A stretch of 64,000 bases of DNA from Promethearchaeota archaeon (GCA_019057865.1 JAHLWP010000001.1:96001-160000); one strand, 5' to 3'. Positions 42,257 through 52,128 are shown, numbered from the stretch's first letter. Translations and numbers: made by a program. The notes: a model not told the origin generated them from the letters alone.

Positions 42257-42349
42257 TCATAAATCTTTCTGCAGTTATGGATAATTTCCAAAACCTATAC
42301 AGGAGAATATGGCTTGCCATTCTTTTTTTAAATGTTTCAATTCAGTCAT
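42257..42349 (-). pseudogene. Remnant of Fe-S oxidoreductase copy 2: exon 1 plus BHB intron, exon 2 lost
   Basis: MTELKHLKKEWQAIFSC is 13/17 identical to copy 1; starts 1 nt after the FAD copy 2 stop, as in unit 1. Confidence 0.85.
42267..42296 (-). other. 30-nt BHB intron in protein-coding remnant (intron B)
   Basis: UC|CUGU|AU^A|GGUUUUGGA-AAUUA-UCCAUAACU|GCAG|AA^A|GA. Confidence 0.78.
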
Positions 42350-42350
42350 T

Positions 42351-43868
42351 TTATTTTTCACCCCAAAAATTAAATTTTCCTCTACTTAATATCATTTTTG
42401 GATCTAAAGTTTTTTTATTTGATTTCATTACATTATAATACTCTTCTGAATATGCTCCGATATCAACCATAACACGAGACATATAATCTCCCATCATGTA
42501 CCATTGTACACCATGCTCAGTAACTCTTTTCAACAGAGATTTCCATAGTTTTATATTTATTTCATCGATAATTTTATGGGCTTCTCCATTATAGAAACTC
42601 CAGAAACTAGTAAACCCACAAGTAATTTCTACATTAGTTCCATCTATTAATAGAATTGGACCACTTCCTGCAATACATCTTATTTTAGTAATTTCAAAGA
42701 TTTTTTGCATATCTTCTTGATGCTCAAAATCCCATTGATCAATATCATCTAAGATACTAGGATATTGTATTATAGGACTAAAACATTCGGCTGTGAGAGG
42801 TTGTATAGTAGGAAAGATTCCCCATAAATTATGATAGAATTGCCAATGTCCTTGTTCAGTATAATGCCATTTAGCGATATTCCCATCTGATATTTCAGGT
42901 CCTAGTTCTTCACTTTTATTTTCCACCATAATCTTATCTAATTGCCTTATCTTTTCGTCTAGCTCTTTTTCAGAATTTGCTTCTATGGTATAAAAGATCA
43001 TACCTCTCTTTTTTTTTAGATCATCCCATAATGGCAAAAATTTTTCTTGCGTCCCAAATCTCACAAGCAGATCCATAATATACATTAAATCATAAACATC
43101 AATTCCTTTTTGTCTAATCTCACTCATCATCTGAGCAGAAATTTCAAGTGAGTTTCGAGGCATTAAAAATGTTTTATAACCAGCATATTCAGGTTTAGGA
43201 AAAACTTGCAGTGAAACTTTTGTTTTTACTCCAAAAATTCCATTATCACCACAAAAAAGTGCAGCTAAATCAGGACCATTTCCAAATCTATTAAATGGGA
43301 ATTTTGAATGTATATTTGCTTGAGATCCTGTTTCAATGATTTCACCAGTTGGCAAAACAACTTCCAATGAAACTAGTTGATTAGTACAGGCACCATACTT
43401 AGCACATCCACCACCACCTACTGAATGATGAGAAGGTCCTCCTCCTATTGATGATGTCAATCCAGATCCTGGACCCATACACCCTGTGTAAAGCCCAAAA
43501 TGACATAAATATTCATTTAGTTTACTTCAAGAGATACCAGCTTCCACAGTAACTATTAAATTATCTATATCCAAATTCAATACTTTATCCATACTTTTTA
43601 GATCTAAGACAATTCCAGTATCTCCAATAGGTTTACTCCCTCCAAACTCACAGTCTCCACCACCTCGAGGGATAACTGGTACATTCTTTTCATTGGCAAT
43701 TTTGAGAATATATGAAATTTCTTCTGTAGTTTTAGGACGTATAACAATATCAGGAACACCTTGAAGATTGGAAGTAACATTCCGGGAATAAGCGTGTCGA
43801 ACATATAAGTCATTAGATATCCTATTTTTGGACACTATTCTTTCTAATTTCTGGTACAATCCTGACAT
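42351..43868 (-). pseudogene. FAD-binding (GlcD/Dld-like) oxidoreductase copy 2 with a single in-frame TGA at a conserved Trp (43527-43529)
   Basis: ORFs 43527-43868 and 42351-43478 share a frame: EAGIS*SKLNEYL versus EAGISWGKLNEYL in copy 1; 1518 nt. Confidence 0.85.
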
Positions 43869-43887
43869 TTTAAATCTCTAAAATAAT

Positions 43888-45150
43888 TTATAGTTTAGAT
43901 GCAATTAGGTCAATTATATCAATAACTTTAATTTTTTCTTTGATTTCTGGCTCCATTTCTTCATAAGCATTGCTTAGATTTCCGATGCAAAAAGGACAGC
44001 TAGTAGTTAAGATTTGTGCGCCTGATTCAACAGCTTCTTTTATCCTTTCTTGTGAGATTTTAAGAGCTAATTCAGAGAATTGACTCTTCATACCTCCCCC
44101 CGCTCCACAACACCAAGCATTATTTTTATTTCTTTTCATTTCGACTAATTCAATTCCAGGTATTTTAGAAAGAACTTCTCGAGGGATTTCATAAAGATTC
44201 ATATGACGTCCTAAATGGCAGGGATCATGATAAGTGACTTTAACTCTTTCCATCTCTTCTTTAAAAGATATTTTATTGTTATTGATTAATTCCACCAATA
44301 TTTCTGTTATGTGTTTCACTTCAAATGGTAATTCATAGCCTAGTAATTCAGGATAATCTTTTTTCCAAGTTCTATAACATCCTGCGCAAGCTGTAAATAA
44401 GGTTTTAGCACTTTTATTTTTGAATTCATCAATATTGTGCTTAATCATTTCAGTTATAGATTTTTCATCACCAATCCTTATAGCAATAGAACCACAGCAC
44501 CACTCATCTTTAGACATTGCAATTTCTATTCCTGCTGCTTTCAATATTTTCATCATGCTTTTTAGCGTTTCTACTTGTCTTAAGGGCATGGTACACCCTC
44601 CAAAAAACATTAAGTCTCCCTTTTCCTTAATCTCAGGAAATTCCTTTATCCAATCAAATTTTTTATCTTTATCTTCTCCATAAGGATTCTTCATATTATC
44701 ATCGTTCATATACTCGATTAGATCACCATGTCCATCCAGAGGAGCAAAACCAGCCTCAACTAGATCCTTTCTTAATGCTTCCCATACTTTTACATGATCG
44801 ATCCAATTGCTTGTGGGAAGAACAATATATGGATTCTGAGACATATGGCAAACCTCAGTACAATTCCCACATTCGCTGCATTGGTAAACCCATTCAGCAA
44901 GTTCTCTACTCAAAGGAATTTGACCTTCTAAAATGCTCTTGAGAACATTCATTCTTCCCCTTGCAAAATATATTTCAAAACCTTCCTCTTCCTTAGCTTC
45001 CAATACAGGACATGTTAAATATCTACCAACAACAGGTCGAATGGCATACCCACAATCTCCGCAGCCCAAATATAGATTCCAGGAGCTCTAGAACCTTATA
45101 CACGACATGACCGCTTTCCATTCTTTCTTTAAATGTTTCAATTCACTCAT
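43888..45150 (-). CDS. HdrD/GlcF-like Fe-S oxidoreductase (4Fe-4S dicluster plus two CCG domains), split by a 30-nt BHB intron; 410 aa after splicing
   Basis: Exon 1 45150-45098, exon 2 45067-43888; spliced SCMGCGDC...CP, CSECGNCTEVC, WCCGS, TACAGC, YHDPCHLGR, CCGAGGG, TSCPFC. Confidence 0.85.
45068..45097 (-). other. 30-nt BHB mRNA intron (intron A) containing an in-frame UAG
   Basis: GUC|GUGU|AU^A|AGGUUCUAG-AGCUC-CUGGAAUCU|AUAU|UU^G|GGC; ligation gives UGU AUG GGC UGC. Confidence 0.82.
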
Positions 45151-45151
45151 T

Positions 45152-46669
45152 TTATTTTTCACCCCAAAAATTAAATTTACCTCTACTTAAAATCATATTT
45201 GGGTCAACAGTTTTTTTGATTGATTTCATTAAATTATAAAATTCTTCTGAATAAGCTCCAATATCTACCATGAAGCGAGACAAAAAATCACCCATCATAT
45301 ACCATTGTACTCCATGTTTTATTACCCTTTCTAAGAGAGATTTCCATAATTTTATATTTATTTCTTTGATGATTTCATGGATTTCTTCATTATAATATCT
45401 CCAAAAGCTGACAAAACCAGTTGTTATCTCAACATTATTACCGTCTACTAGAGGAACGGGACCACTACCTGATATAGGACGAGTTTTCGTAATATCAAAT
45501 ATTTTTCGCATATCTGCTTCATTTTCTATATCCCATTGATCAACATCTTGCAAAATTTTGGGGAATGCACTAATTGGGCAAAAACATTCAGCTGATAAAG
45601 CTTGCATTGAAGGAAACATTCCCCATAGATTATGATACAATTGCCAATGTCCTTTTTCAACATAATGTCATTTAGCAATATTTCCATCAGATATTTCTGG
45701 ACCTAAATTTTCAGATTTTTTATTCAAAATCATATCATCTAATTTCTTAACATTTTCATTTAATTCAACTTCAGAATTTGCTTCTATAGTATAGAAAAAC
45801 ATTCCTCGCCTACGTTTTAAATGTTCCCATAACGGAAAGAATCCTTGGTCTGATCCTATAGCAACCACAACATCTGGAATAAACATCGCATCATAAACAT
45901 CAATTCCCTTTTGTCTAATTTCATTCATAATCTGTGCTGCTGTTACAGCAGATTTACGAGGCATTAAAAAAGTTTTATATTCTGCAAATTCCGGTTTAGG
46001 AAATACTTGTAAAGAAATTTTTGTTTTTACACCAAAGATTCCATTATCCCCACAAAAAAGACCTGCTAAATCAGGCCCATTTCCAAATCTATTGAATGGT
46101 AATTTCGAATATTTATTGGCCTGAGAACCGGTTTCTATTATTTCTCCTGTTGGTAAAACTACTTCCAGAGAAATTAATTGGTTAGTGCAAGCACCATATT
46201 TAGCACATCCTCCTCCACCAACAGAATGATGAGAAATACCCCCACCTACTGATGCACTCATCCCAGAACCAGGTCCCATACACCCTGTATAGAGTCCAAA
46301 ACGGCACAAATATTCATTTAGTTTTCCCCAAGAAATTCCTGCTTCAACTGTTGTTATGAGATTATCTTCATCTAAATTAATAATGTTATTCATTCTTTTC
46401 ATATCTAAAACTATACCCCCATCTCCAATAGGTTTGCTTCCACCAAATTCGCAAATACCAGCTCCACGAGGGATAACAGCTATATTCTCTTCATTGGCAA
46501 TTTTAAGGATTTCTGAGATTTCTTTTGCATCTATTGGTCTTATAATAATATCAGGTACTCCTTGTAAAACAAGATCAACATTTCTGGAATAAGCATGGCG
46601 CACATAAATATCATTTGAGAGAAACTCTTTTGATACTACTTTTTCTAACTTTTTGTAGACTTCTGACAT
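45152..46669 (-). pseudogene. FAD-binding (GlcD/Dld-like) oxidoreductase copy 1 with a single in-frame TGA at a conserved Trp (45668-45670)
   Basis: GNIAK*HYVEKGHW versus GNIAKWHY in copies 2 and 3; 1518 nt, the same length as copy 2. Confidence 0.85.
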
Positions 46670-46893
46670 TTTTGTATTTCCTCAATTATTTTTAATTAAA
46701 ACAATTTATGATAGAAACGATAGATTACTTAAATATAATCCAAATTAAAATAAGTTGATTTTTTATGTTTGTTCATTTTCTGCATTTGGTTTTCAAGTTT
46801 AAAAACAAATAAAACATTAAAAAACTAAAAAAATTAATACTAAGTTAGGAAGTTAAGTCAAATATAAAACTGTAAAAATTAATTTAATAATAA

Positions 46894-47199
46894 TTGAAAA
46901 ATGTTGGTGAGTTTGAAATTTACTATAGAGGTTATATATTAATTCGATTAAAAACTATTGGAACCGAATGGAAAGTTGTTGAAAAACTAATTGGTTTAGA
47001 ATCAAGTGAACCAAATGAAGAATGGAAAATAACGTATGCTACGCCTGTATATGGTGGATGGGATGTAATTGTAGAATGCTCATTCAGTAAGCTTAAGGAT
47101 TTAGACAAAATAGTAACCTTCTGCAGGGTAGATAAGGATTTATCGCAGTGGATTGAGGAAACAACTACGCTCATGGGGTCCCGAAATGATCATCCTTAA
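46894..47199 (+). CDS. Stand-alone Lrp/AsnC ligand-binding (RAM)-like domain protein
   Basis: GYILIRL...GTEWKVVEKL...PVYGGWDVIVE...IEETTTL. Confidence 0.65.
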   Translation: MKNVGEFEIYYRGYILIRLKTIGTEWKVVEKLIGLESSEPNEEWKITYATPVYGGWDVIVECSFSKLKDLDKIVTFCRVDKDLSQWIEETTTLMGSRNDHP

Positions 47200-47252
47200 G
47201 ATTTTTCATTTAAATAAATTGGTTATAAACAAATAGTTGGATAAGAAAAACA

Positions 47253-47846
47253 TTGGATAAAATAAGGAAATATACTCTTATAATAATTATTTTTATCATA
47301 CTAATTATTCCAACGTTTTTAGGATATTATTGGGAATATTTTTTCATAAGAGAATTTGATGTGTATGTTGTTTTAATTTTAATTTTTGGCTTTATCATTT
47401 TCTTCATTATGGGTAAATTGATAGAAATTTATGTTTATAATGATAATAGAATTGAAGTGTTAAAAAAAAATGATATTATAAATGCCTTCATCTCAAAAAA
47501 GAATCGAATTGTTATATGGATTTTTTTTCCGATAATCATGATAATTGAAGAACTTATTTTCAGGTTCTACACCCTTACCTTTCTTGTTAACCAAATAGAG
47601 TTAAAAGCTTTAGTAGCTGTATTTATCTCAAGTTTGGTTTTTTCACTATTTCACATACATACTTGGTTTTCATATAGAAGTTTGAGGATATTGCTAGTAA
47701 ATCTTATATTTCCTTTTTTATTGGGATTATACAATGGCTATATCTTTTTAACAATAGGCATTATCCCCTGTTTTATAATCCATTACATAATAGTTCTAAA
47801 TTTATATTACAATCTCTATAAGAGATATTTCAAAAACGACACATAA
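47253..47846 (+). CDS. CPBP (Abi/CAAX) family intramembrane protease
   Basis: IEELIFR, FSLFH, IIHYIIV. Confidence 0.8.
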   Translation: MDKIRKYTLIIIIFIILIIPTFLGYYWEYFFIREFDVYVVLILIFGFIIFFIMGKLIEIYVYNDNRIEVLKKNDIINAFISKKNRIVIWIFFPIIMIIEELIFRFYTLTFLVNQIELKALVAVFISSLVFSLFHIHTWFSYRSLRILLVNLIFPFLLGLYNGYIFLTIGIIPCFIIHYIIVLNLYYNLYKRYFKNDT

Positions 47847-47867
47847 AAAATTAATTAAAAAAAGTTA

Positions 47868-49601
47868 TTACTTCTTCCTTAATACCTTCTTATCCACTTT
47901 CCCAACAGATGTTAATGGCATCTCTTCAAGAATTTCGATCATTCTAGGAACTTTGTATTTTGCTAAATTATCTTGGGCGAACTTTAAAATATCCTCTTTA
48001 ATTTCTTCTGAAGATTCATATCCCTTTTTTAATAAAACATATAGTTTTACTATTTCAGAACCAGGACGATCAGGATCAGAAATTCCGACACATGAACAAA
48101 GCTCAATTGCAGGGTGTTTATTCATTTTATCATCGACTTCCACACTGAAAACTTTAAAACCACTAACATTTATCATATCTTTTGTGCGGTCGACGATAGT
48201 AATATACCCTTCCTCATCCATAATACCAACATCACCGGAGTAAAACCAACCCTTTTTGAGAGCATATTCAGTTTCTTCTGGTTTATTCCAATAACCCTTA
48301 AAGATCTGGGGACCTTTTATTACAATCTCACCCGGTTCACCAATAGGAACCTCTGTTTCCCGATCAACTACATCTACAATTTTAACTTCAGTTGATGAAA
48401 CTGGAATTCCAACGGTTCCAATCTTTTTAGTGCCTAGATAAGGGTTCATTGTAACTATCGGTGATGCTTCAGTCATTCCATAAACTTCTAATACTTTATC
48501 CTTTCCCACAACTTCTTCAAACTCATTTATACTTTCTGAAGGAAAAGGAGCTGCTCCCGAAATAAATATATCAATAGAACTAAAATCTAATTTTTTAAAT
48601 TTTCGATTACTTAAAAGTAATAAATAGAGTGTTGGAACGTTTACCATTAATCTAATTTTTCCTTGATAGTCTTTTGCTTTATTAGTCAAATATGTAGTAT
48701 CTCTTGGATTGGGAATAAGAATTTGTCCTGCGGCACTATGTACTGATGAGAGATTAAATGCCATTCCAGCAAGATGGAAAAAGGGAAATCCAGAAATATA
48801 AACCTCTTTGCCTGGATTTGCGCCTGGTTCCAACCAATGATAAATTTGTTTAATATTATATATTAAATTCTCATGAGTTAATATAGCCCCCTTTGGAGGA
48901 CCTGTAGTACCACCTGTATATTGTAGAAAAGCAATATCTTTTTTTGGGTCTATATCCACTTTCGGGGCTTTATCACTGGAGTAATTTTCTAATATCTCGT
49001 TATAAGTAAAGTATTTAATACCTTCCACAGGTATGACTTCACCATATGGCAATTTACCTATTTTTATTAACTGTTCTTTCATCTGTGGATCTAAATCTAA
49101 AACGTCCGCCACATTAGTAGTTATAACAGTTTTAACATTGGTCTCTCCTGATTGTAATGCATTTTGAACCTTTTCCTCGTAAAATGAATCAAGTGTAAAC
49201 AAAACCACTGCTCCACTATCTTTTAATTGATAGATAATCTCTGGTGTTTGCATCAGAAAATTCATACCTGTTGAAGTACAACCGGTATAAAAAGTAGCCC
49301 AAACAGCTACAAAATACTGGGGAGTATTAGGTAACATAATAGCTACTCTATCACCTTTTTGCACTCCCATTTCTATAAAAAAATTAGCTAAGCTGATAAT
49401 ATCTCTTTCTACTTCTTGGTATGTAGCACAATTCCCTTGAAAATCATAACAAAGACTATCAGGGAATTCCTCTACAGTCGTTTTCATCATTTCAGCTAAT
49501 GATATAACTTTAACATCTATTTCAGGCTTCACATGGTTAACATATGATTTTAACCATATTTTTTCTGAATATGGACTTCCGTCGATTTGCTTTTTAGTCA
49601 T
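47868..49601 (-). CDS. Long-chain fatty-acid--CoA ligase (AMP-binding)
   Basis: LQYTGGTTGPPKGA, YGMTEASP, GWFYSGD, DRTKDMI, GKVDKK. Confidence 0.92.
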   Translation of the reverse strand: MTKKQIDGSPYSEKIWLKSYVNHVKPEIDVKVISLAEMMKTTVEEFPDSLCYDFQGNCATYQEVERDIISLANFFIEMGVQKGDRVAIMLPNTPQYFVAVWATFYTGCTSTGMNFLMQTPEIIYQLKDSGAVVLFTLDSFYEEKVQNALQSGETNVKTVITTNVADVLDLDPQMKEQLIKIGKLPYGEVIPVEGIKYFTYNEILENYSSDKAPKVDIDPKKDIAFLQYTGGTTGPPKGAILTHENLIYNIKQIYHWLEPGANPGKEVYISGFPFFHLAGMAFNLSSVHSAAGQILIPNPRDTTYLTNKAKDYQGKIRLMVNVPTLYLLLLSNRKFKKLDFSSIDIFISGAAPFPSESINEFEEVVGKDKVLEVYGMTEASPIVTMNPYLGTKKIGTVGIPVSSTEVKIVDVVDRETEVPIGEPGEIVIKGPQIFKGYWNKPEETEYALKKGWFYSGDVGIMDEEGYITIVDRTKDMINVSGFKVFSVEVDDKMNKHPAIELCSCVGISDPDRPGSEIVKLYVLLKKGYESSEEIKEDILKFAQDNLAKYKVPRMIEILEEMPLTSVGKVDKKVLRKK

Positions 49602-49769
49602 ATTATTATCACTTCAGGCAAATTTTTTGTAAAATATGATAAAATTTAGTAAATATCATTTATGATAATTTGATATTTAATATTATCCTTTAAATATCAT
49701 CTATTTGAGAATTGAATCTAAATATACGATAGAGTTGTCAAATTCAACAATTTTTCAAAGAGGAATTTT

Positions 49770-50639
49770 ATGAAAGTTTATTTTAGAAAACTAATACATG
49801 ATGATATTCCTGCTATAAGAGAAATATGTAAAGACATATGGGAAGGATATGATTATGTGCCGCATGTTATAGAAGAATGGTTAAATGATAAAGTTTCTTT
49901 AAATTTTGGTGTTTTTAAAAATGAAACCAAAGAAATGGTAGGATTTAGCCGCATAAAATTATATAATAATGAATTAGCATGGTTGGAAGGAGGAAGGGTT
50001 AAGATACCATATCAAAAGCAAGGTATTGGTAAAGCAATTACGAATTATAGTATTGATTATGCATATAAAGCAAATATAAAAGTTGCACAATATGCTACGT
50101 CCTCAAAAAATTTAGGATCAATTTCAATTGCTAAGTATTTTGGATTTAAAAACAAGAAGAGTATGAATGTTCTTGATGCAGAAAGAAATGATATTAGATT
50201 AAGGGGAGATTCATATCTTAAAGTTGAAAAAATATCTGCTAAAGAAGCTAGGAAACAATATAATAACTTTAATATTGGGCTTGGAGATGAAGTATGTATG
50301 GGGTGGTCATTTGTCCCATTAAACTACATTTCTGATGAGGATGGTGAATGGTATGTATATAATTCAGCTGCTATTCTTCAAAAAGTAAAATTTAAAAGAA
50401 TCCAGATTAAGGAAGGCCCTGGAGAATATGAAATTTGGTTGATAGTCTATGGAAAACCAAAAATAGCAGTTAGGTTGATTCAATATATCCTTAACGAAGA
50501 GTTAAATTCAATAAAGAGTAAATATTTTGAAATTTTTTGTCACCCTCATATTGCTAAAAAAGTTGAAAAGATGGGATTTTCATATTATGAGGGTGAGCCA
50601 TTTGGAGTTGTATTATTTGAAAAAATCTTAAGTGAATAG
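49770..50639 (+). CDS. GNAT family acetyltransferase
   Basis: WEGYDYVP, AWLEGGRV, YQKQGIG, NLGSISIA. Confidence 0.85.
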   Translation: MKVYFRKLIHDDIPAIREICKDIWEGYDYVPHVIEEWLNDKVSLNFGVFKNETKEMVGFSRIKLYNNELAWLEGGRVKIPYQKQGIGKAITNYSIDYAYKANIKVAQYATSSKNLGSISIAKYFGFKNKKSMNVLDAERNDIRLRGDSYLKVEKISAKEARKQYNNFNIGLGDEVCMGWSFVPLNYISDEDGEWYVYNSAAILQKVKFKRIQIKEGPGEYEIWLIVYGKPKIAVRLIQYILNEELNSIKSKYFEIFCHPHIAKKVEKMGFSYYEGEPFGVVLFEKILSE

Positions 50640-50653
50640 AGAAAGTAGAGTGT

Positions 50654-51029
50654 CTATTTTCTGCATCTTATGATTAAAAACCATGCTATTACACGTGTAG
50701 CTGCTAAACGTGGATAATTTTTGATGGTTTCATCATTGGCAAATGGTTCACTAAAATATTCTAAGGTGAAACCTGAATTTATTAAGGTATTTAACCAATA
50801 ACTTAAGGTACGTCTAAACCTTGGAACACGAAATTTTTTCATATTTTTTGTTAATTCTTTGGGAGCTGCACTAAAAATCCATTCTTCAAATTCTCCATCA
50901 AAATTTTTGAAATAATCCCGACATATTAAACCCGTTCTTCTACCTTTATCATCATATATCCATTCGAGCTAGTTTAGTCCAGTTTTCAGCATTTTCATCC
51001 CAGAATTTCCCTACGTCTTTATCATCCAT
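50654..51029 (-). pseudogene. Class I SAM methyltransferase with internal deletion and frameshift
   Basis: N-terminus MDDKDVGKFWDENAENWTKLARM joins out of frame, at about 50960, to a C-terminus EWIYDDKG...FRRTLSYWLNTLINSGF..EP; no SAM-binding core. Confidence 0.7.
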
Positions 51030-51051
51030 TGATATTCTCCATTTTCATATT

Positions 51052-51933
51052 TTATTTCATTATCTTTTGTTGATATTCTTTTAATAAGTCATTGGGATGG
51101 ATATATCCATTAATAGTTTTAGGTCCCTTAAAGTATTTCGCTTTTGGTAATAATTTGAAATAGAGGGCATTATTAGGACAATTTCTTAAACATCGAAAAC
51201 ACAAAATACATTTTTCATGATTAATTACAGGTTTATTATCAAATTTGATTGCGTCTGTGGGACAATTTTCACATGCTTTACAACTAATACACTCCTTATG
51301 ATTATATCCAATTAATTTGCTAGTATATTTATAGAATGGCTTTTTGAGAACACGAAAGTATGCTCTAATTATTGATCCAAATAATGTTGGATTAGACCAA
51401 TCCAAGACACCTTTTCCAGTTTTAATTACCTTCCCGAGATTTATACCAAATTGAAATACTTTTTCAATTTTTTTTCTTGACCATTTAACATGTGTAAAAA
51501 ATTTTGAGTCAAATACAGAATCTCTGGTTGGAGTAACAATTTCAATTGCCCCGATAAATTCAAAATTTTTCTTTTCAAGTATTTTTCTCACATGCTTAAT
51601 TGAGGAGCCTGGTAATCCAGCATTTGTATCAAATAAAAAAAATTTAACCTTTTTTTTTACTTTAGGTAGATTCTGAACCCATTCTAAAATATTTGGAGTA
51701 AAAGCTAGAGCATAAATGGGAGCACCGATACCAAAAACCTGTATTTCTTCAAAATTTAAATTTCTCTTTTTTATGGTGTTATATGGAATTAATTCCGTTT
51801 CAAGTTTAGCTAAAATCAATCCGTTTCTAATTAATTTTGCTATATATTTCGTATTTCCTGAGGATGAAAAGTAAATTATAGGGATTTTCAACTCAATCAA
51901 ATTCAATAAATTGATGTAAATATGTATTAGCAT
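51052..51933 (-). CDS. EFR1-type flavodoxin-ferredoxin fusion; true start probably slightly downstream
   Basis: IYFSSSGNT, GAPIY; CISCKACENCP, CILCFRCLRNCP. Confidence 0.85.
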   Translation of the reverse strand: MLIHIYINLLNLIELKIPIIYFSSSGNTKYIAKLIRNGLILAKLETELIPYNTIKKRNLNFEEIQVFGIGAPIYALAFTPNILEWVQNLPKVKKKVKFFLFDTNAGLPGSSIKHVRKILEKKNFEFIGAIEIVTPTRDSVFDSKFFTHVKWSRKKIEKVFQFGINLGKVIKTGKGVLDWSNPTLFGSIIRAYFRVLKKPFYKYTSKLIGYNHKECISCKACENCPTDAIKFDNKPVINHEKCILCFRCLRNCPNNALYFKLLPKAKYFKGPKTINGYIHPNDLLKEYQQKIMK

Positions 51934-52128
51934 ATAATATTAATTTCCTCTAAAATCTTAGCTTTTATCAGTTGTTTTAATTAATTAAGAAAAAGTTAGA
52001 TTTAGAAATTAAAAATTCAATAGCATCTTTTTTATTATGATATTTTAAAAAGCTCAAATAATAGTAGGCGGGACTTATATGGGGAAAGATTTTAAAAGGA
52101 TTAAATGGTTCAAGTATAATTAGAAATC

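Larger units (their letters stand above)
42257..46669 (-). repeat. Tandem duplication of a FAD-oxidoreductase + Fe-S oxidoreductase unit (2801-nt period), with a partial third FAD copy at 38641-39789
   Basis: Starts 46669/43868 and 45150/42349 are both 2801 nt apart; high protein similarity. Confidence 0.85.

Noticed and set aside
42272-42298. Reading the paralog remnant as an intron-less degenerate SCIGFGNY
   Set aside because: Initially attractive, but the segment forms a complete 30-nt BHB matching intron A's geometry; a chance resemblance to CxGCGxC cannot be fully excluded.
45088-45090. In-frame TAG as pyrrolysine readthrough (an MttB gene is in the window)
   Set aside because: Readthrough would leave 10 extra residues inside CxxC and break cluster spacing; BHB excision explains the sequence exactly.
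43527-45670. TGA codons as selenocysteine or as a genome-wide UGA=Trp code
   Set aside because: They align with Trp rather than Cys, I found no convincing SECIS, and TGA terminates ordinary genes (ends at 6276, 20718, 30700, 35233).
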